Origin: Gracilinanus agilis
Taxonomy: Eukaryota
NCBI RefSeq assembly: GCF_016433145.1
Contig: NC_058135.1
Coordinates: forward strand, 235,929,549-235,993,548
Direction of reading: 5' to 3'
DNA: 64,000 nucleotides
Shown here: positions 62,011 through 64,000 of the stretch, one piece after another
Numbering within the stretch: the first letter of the stretch is position 1
Layout: each line of letters opens with the position of its first letter
Program-made: the position numbers and the translations under genes
The notes under the pieces: generated by a model
Told to the model about the DNA's origin: nothing
Databases searched by the model: none
The model's input: the letters and a program-made list of their open reading frames with translations, nothing else

Positions 62011-63029
62011 CCCTAGACTTTTAATGCTATCTCATGCTGATAGCTTTCCACATTCTGAAAATATACATCTTCATTTCACAGATGGGGCGACTAAGGGCTA
62101 GGTTTGTCTAGAGCCCTCAGTACCCCCATGTTTAGTATGTTGTACTCGGTGTACAATGCTGCACCGTATTTATTTCTGTTCTGTAATCATTTCTGGTTTT
62201 CTGGGTCTTTACTCCAGGGTGACTTAATGTCATTAATGTTGGTTTTATAACTAAGACTAAAGGGGAAGACCACAGGGAGACAAGATGAATTATGGGAATG
62301 ATAAATTTGGTGAATAAGTTGAAATTCCGGCACAGGGACCGATTCCTTTTCCTTGGGAGGTCAGACAGCCTGACGCGGCATGGCTGGGTGGTTTTAAGTT
62401 TCTTTCCTATTTAAAAGAGCCTTGATTTCTTAAGCTGAGGAGAAGGCATCAAAGATGCAAACGCCAAGATTTTTCGGAAAGGTGACAGATTGGAATGGCT
62501 GGAAGGGAGACAGGCTTTGTGAGAGAGTGGAAAGGATTGCCTGATCAAGGCTGCTTTCTCGATGGGCGTGCTCCCTTCTCCGCCTGACCTGGTTAATTCC
62601 TCTGGCATTTTCCTGCATAGCTGATCATTCTCACCAAACAAACCCCTCCAGGGCCCAGCTGGTTCTGGCCACTGCAGCTAGCGGAGGCTTGTAATTCTTT
62701 ATCCTCTTTATTGCCTGTTCCCAAACTCCCGTACATCAGTACATCACAGTCTGCAGCCTCGGGGAATCTCATCCAACCTCTTCCCTTATGGGCTGGGCCA
62801 AAGCTGCTGTTTGTTTTTTCCATCTAGGAAAGAAGGTTTTCCAAAAAGCCTTGGATTTAATGGCCCGAGATGGACATATTGTCCTGATTCTGACCTTGAC
62901 ACTAGTTTTGTAGTAGGACCCTCAAACCCTTTCTTCCTGGGCCTTCATTTCCTCCTCCGTAAAATGGGCATGAGGATGACACTTTTATGTTGATTTTATA
63001 TTACATAGTAATACATATACAATATATGT

Positions 63030-63064
<35 letters not shown>

Positions 63065-63086
63065 CACATAGTATATAATATATAGT

Positions 63087-63960
63087 ATTGGCTTGGAGTC
63101 AGGAACACTTGCATTCAATTCTGGCCTTAGACACATTGCTAGCTGTGTGACTCTGGGCAAGTTCCTTAACTGCCACCTGCTTCAGTTTCCTTAATATATT
63201 ATTACATTAATATAGTATATAAATAGTATGGTTTTAATATAGTATATCATATATCATATGTAGTATAATCTTAATATAGTATATGATGTATAGTATAGTT
63301 TTAATATAGTATATGTAGTATAATCTTAATATAGTATACTATATATCATAGAATTAGTATAGTATATTATATAATTTATATATTATATTAATATATTATA
63401 TTATATATTATAGTATTAATAGCATATATTATATATAGTATAGTATCAATATAATATATTATTATATCAATATAGTATAGTATAAATATAGTATATTAAA
63501 TTAATGTAATATAGTCTTGATATAGTATATTATATATAGTATAGTCTTAATGTAGTATATTATAATATCAGCATAGTATAGCATCAATATAGTATATTCT
63601 GTAGTATATTATTATATTAATGTGGTATATTATATATTATATATAGCATAGTATTAATATATTATCATATATAAGATGTTACATTAATATAGTATAGTCT
63701 TAATATAGTATAATATGTAATATATTATAGTCTTAATACAGTATGGTGTTAATATAGTATATTATTATAATATAACATATATTATATAGTATAGTATTAA
63801 TATACTATCTTATATAGTATAGTATTAATATACTATAGTATAGTATTAATATAGTATGGTATTATATTAACATAGTATAATAAAAGCACCTACCAAACAG
63901 GGCTGGTGTGCAGGTTAAATGAAATACTATTTGTGAAACTCTTGGCAGATTAGTAAGTAC
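63087..63960 (+). mobile_element. MIR split by an AT-rich minisatellite
   Basis: Head ttggagtcagg...gctagctgtgtgactctgggcaagtt...cagtttcc at 63087-63191; tail gcacctacc..acaggg...gttaaatga from about 63883. Confidence 0.8.
63192..63882. repeat. ~690-bp degenerate AT-rich minisatellite (recurring TAATATAGTA, TATAG and TATTA blocks)
   Basis: Read directly. Confidence 0.9.
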
Positions 63961-64000
63961 TTAATAAATGCTTATTTCTTCCTTTCCCTTTTGATTTGAC

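Noticed and set aside
51-62993. The six-frame ORF track as protein-coding genes
   Set aside because: All ORFs are 170 aa or shorter, many start at GTG/TTG, most lie in SINEs, LINEs or low-complexity DNA, and none shows a domain I recognise.
1-64000. Prokaryotic-style systems (operons, CRISPR arrays, defence islands, IS elements)
   Set aside because: The sequence is mammalian; there are no dense ORFs, repeat-spacer arrays or prokaryotic signals.

Overview
Eukaryotic, not microbial: this is marsupial genomic DNA, most likely Monodelphis opossum, inferred from abundant SINE1_Mdo-like and MAR1 SINEs plus MIR, L2, L3/CR1, marsupial L1 3' ends and hAT MITEs, in a CpG-depleted background. One CpG island lies at about 3.8-4.6 kb. 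It has GC and CCAAT boxes, G-tracts, an interrupted (GGC)n and candidate first-exon splice donors on both strands. The next ~60 kb looks like repeat-rich intron of a + strand gene, because all long L1 fragments are antisense. I cannot name that gene. No ORF in the track has a recognisable protein domain, so I assign no gene symbols. The best candidate for new biology is a two-exon + strand unit (38279-38346 and 39179-39232) whose spliced frame reads MGAQNSKQYRKPGPLKRGHRRDGKATRRRRKFRNEGRETV, an N-myristoylation-like start followed by a polybasic stretch. It is unverified. Other observations: two apparent local copy events at 8-11.7 kb (one templated insertion, one partly inverted module); a hAT MITE resembling the horizontally transferred OposCharlie1 family; a 1.5-kb duplication across an N gap that is probably an assembly artefact; and an AT-rich minisatellite grown inside a MIR. 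Repeat family names come from remembered consensus sequences, not a database search, and many repeat boundaries are approximate. I found no convincing novel multi-gene system.
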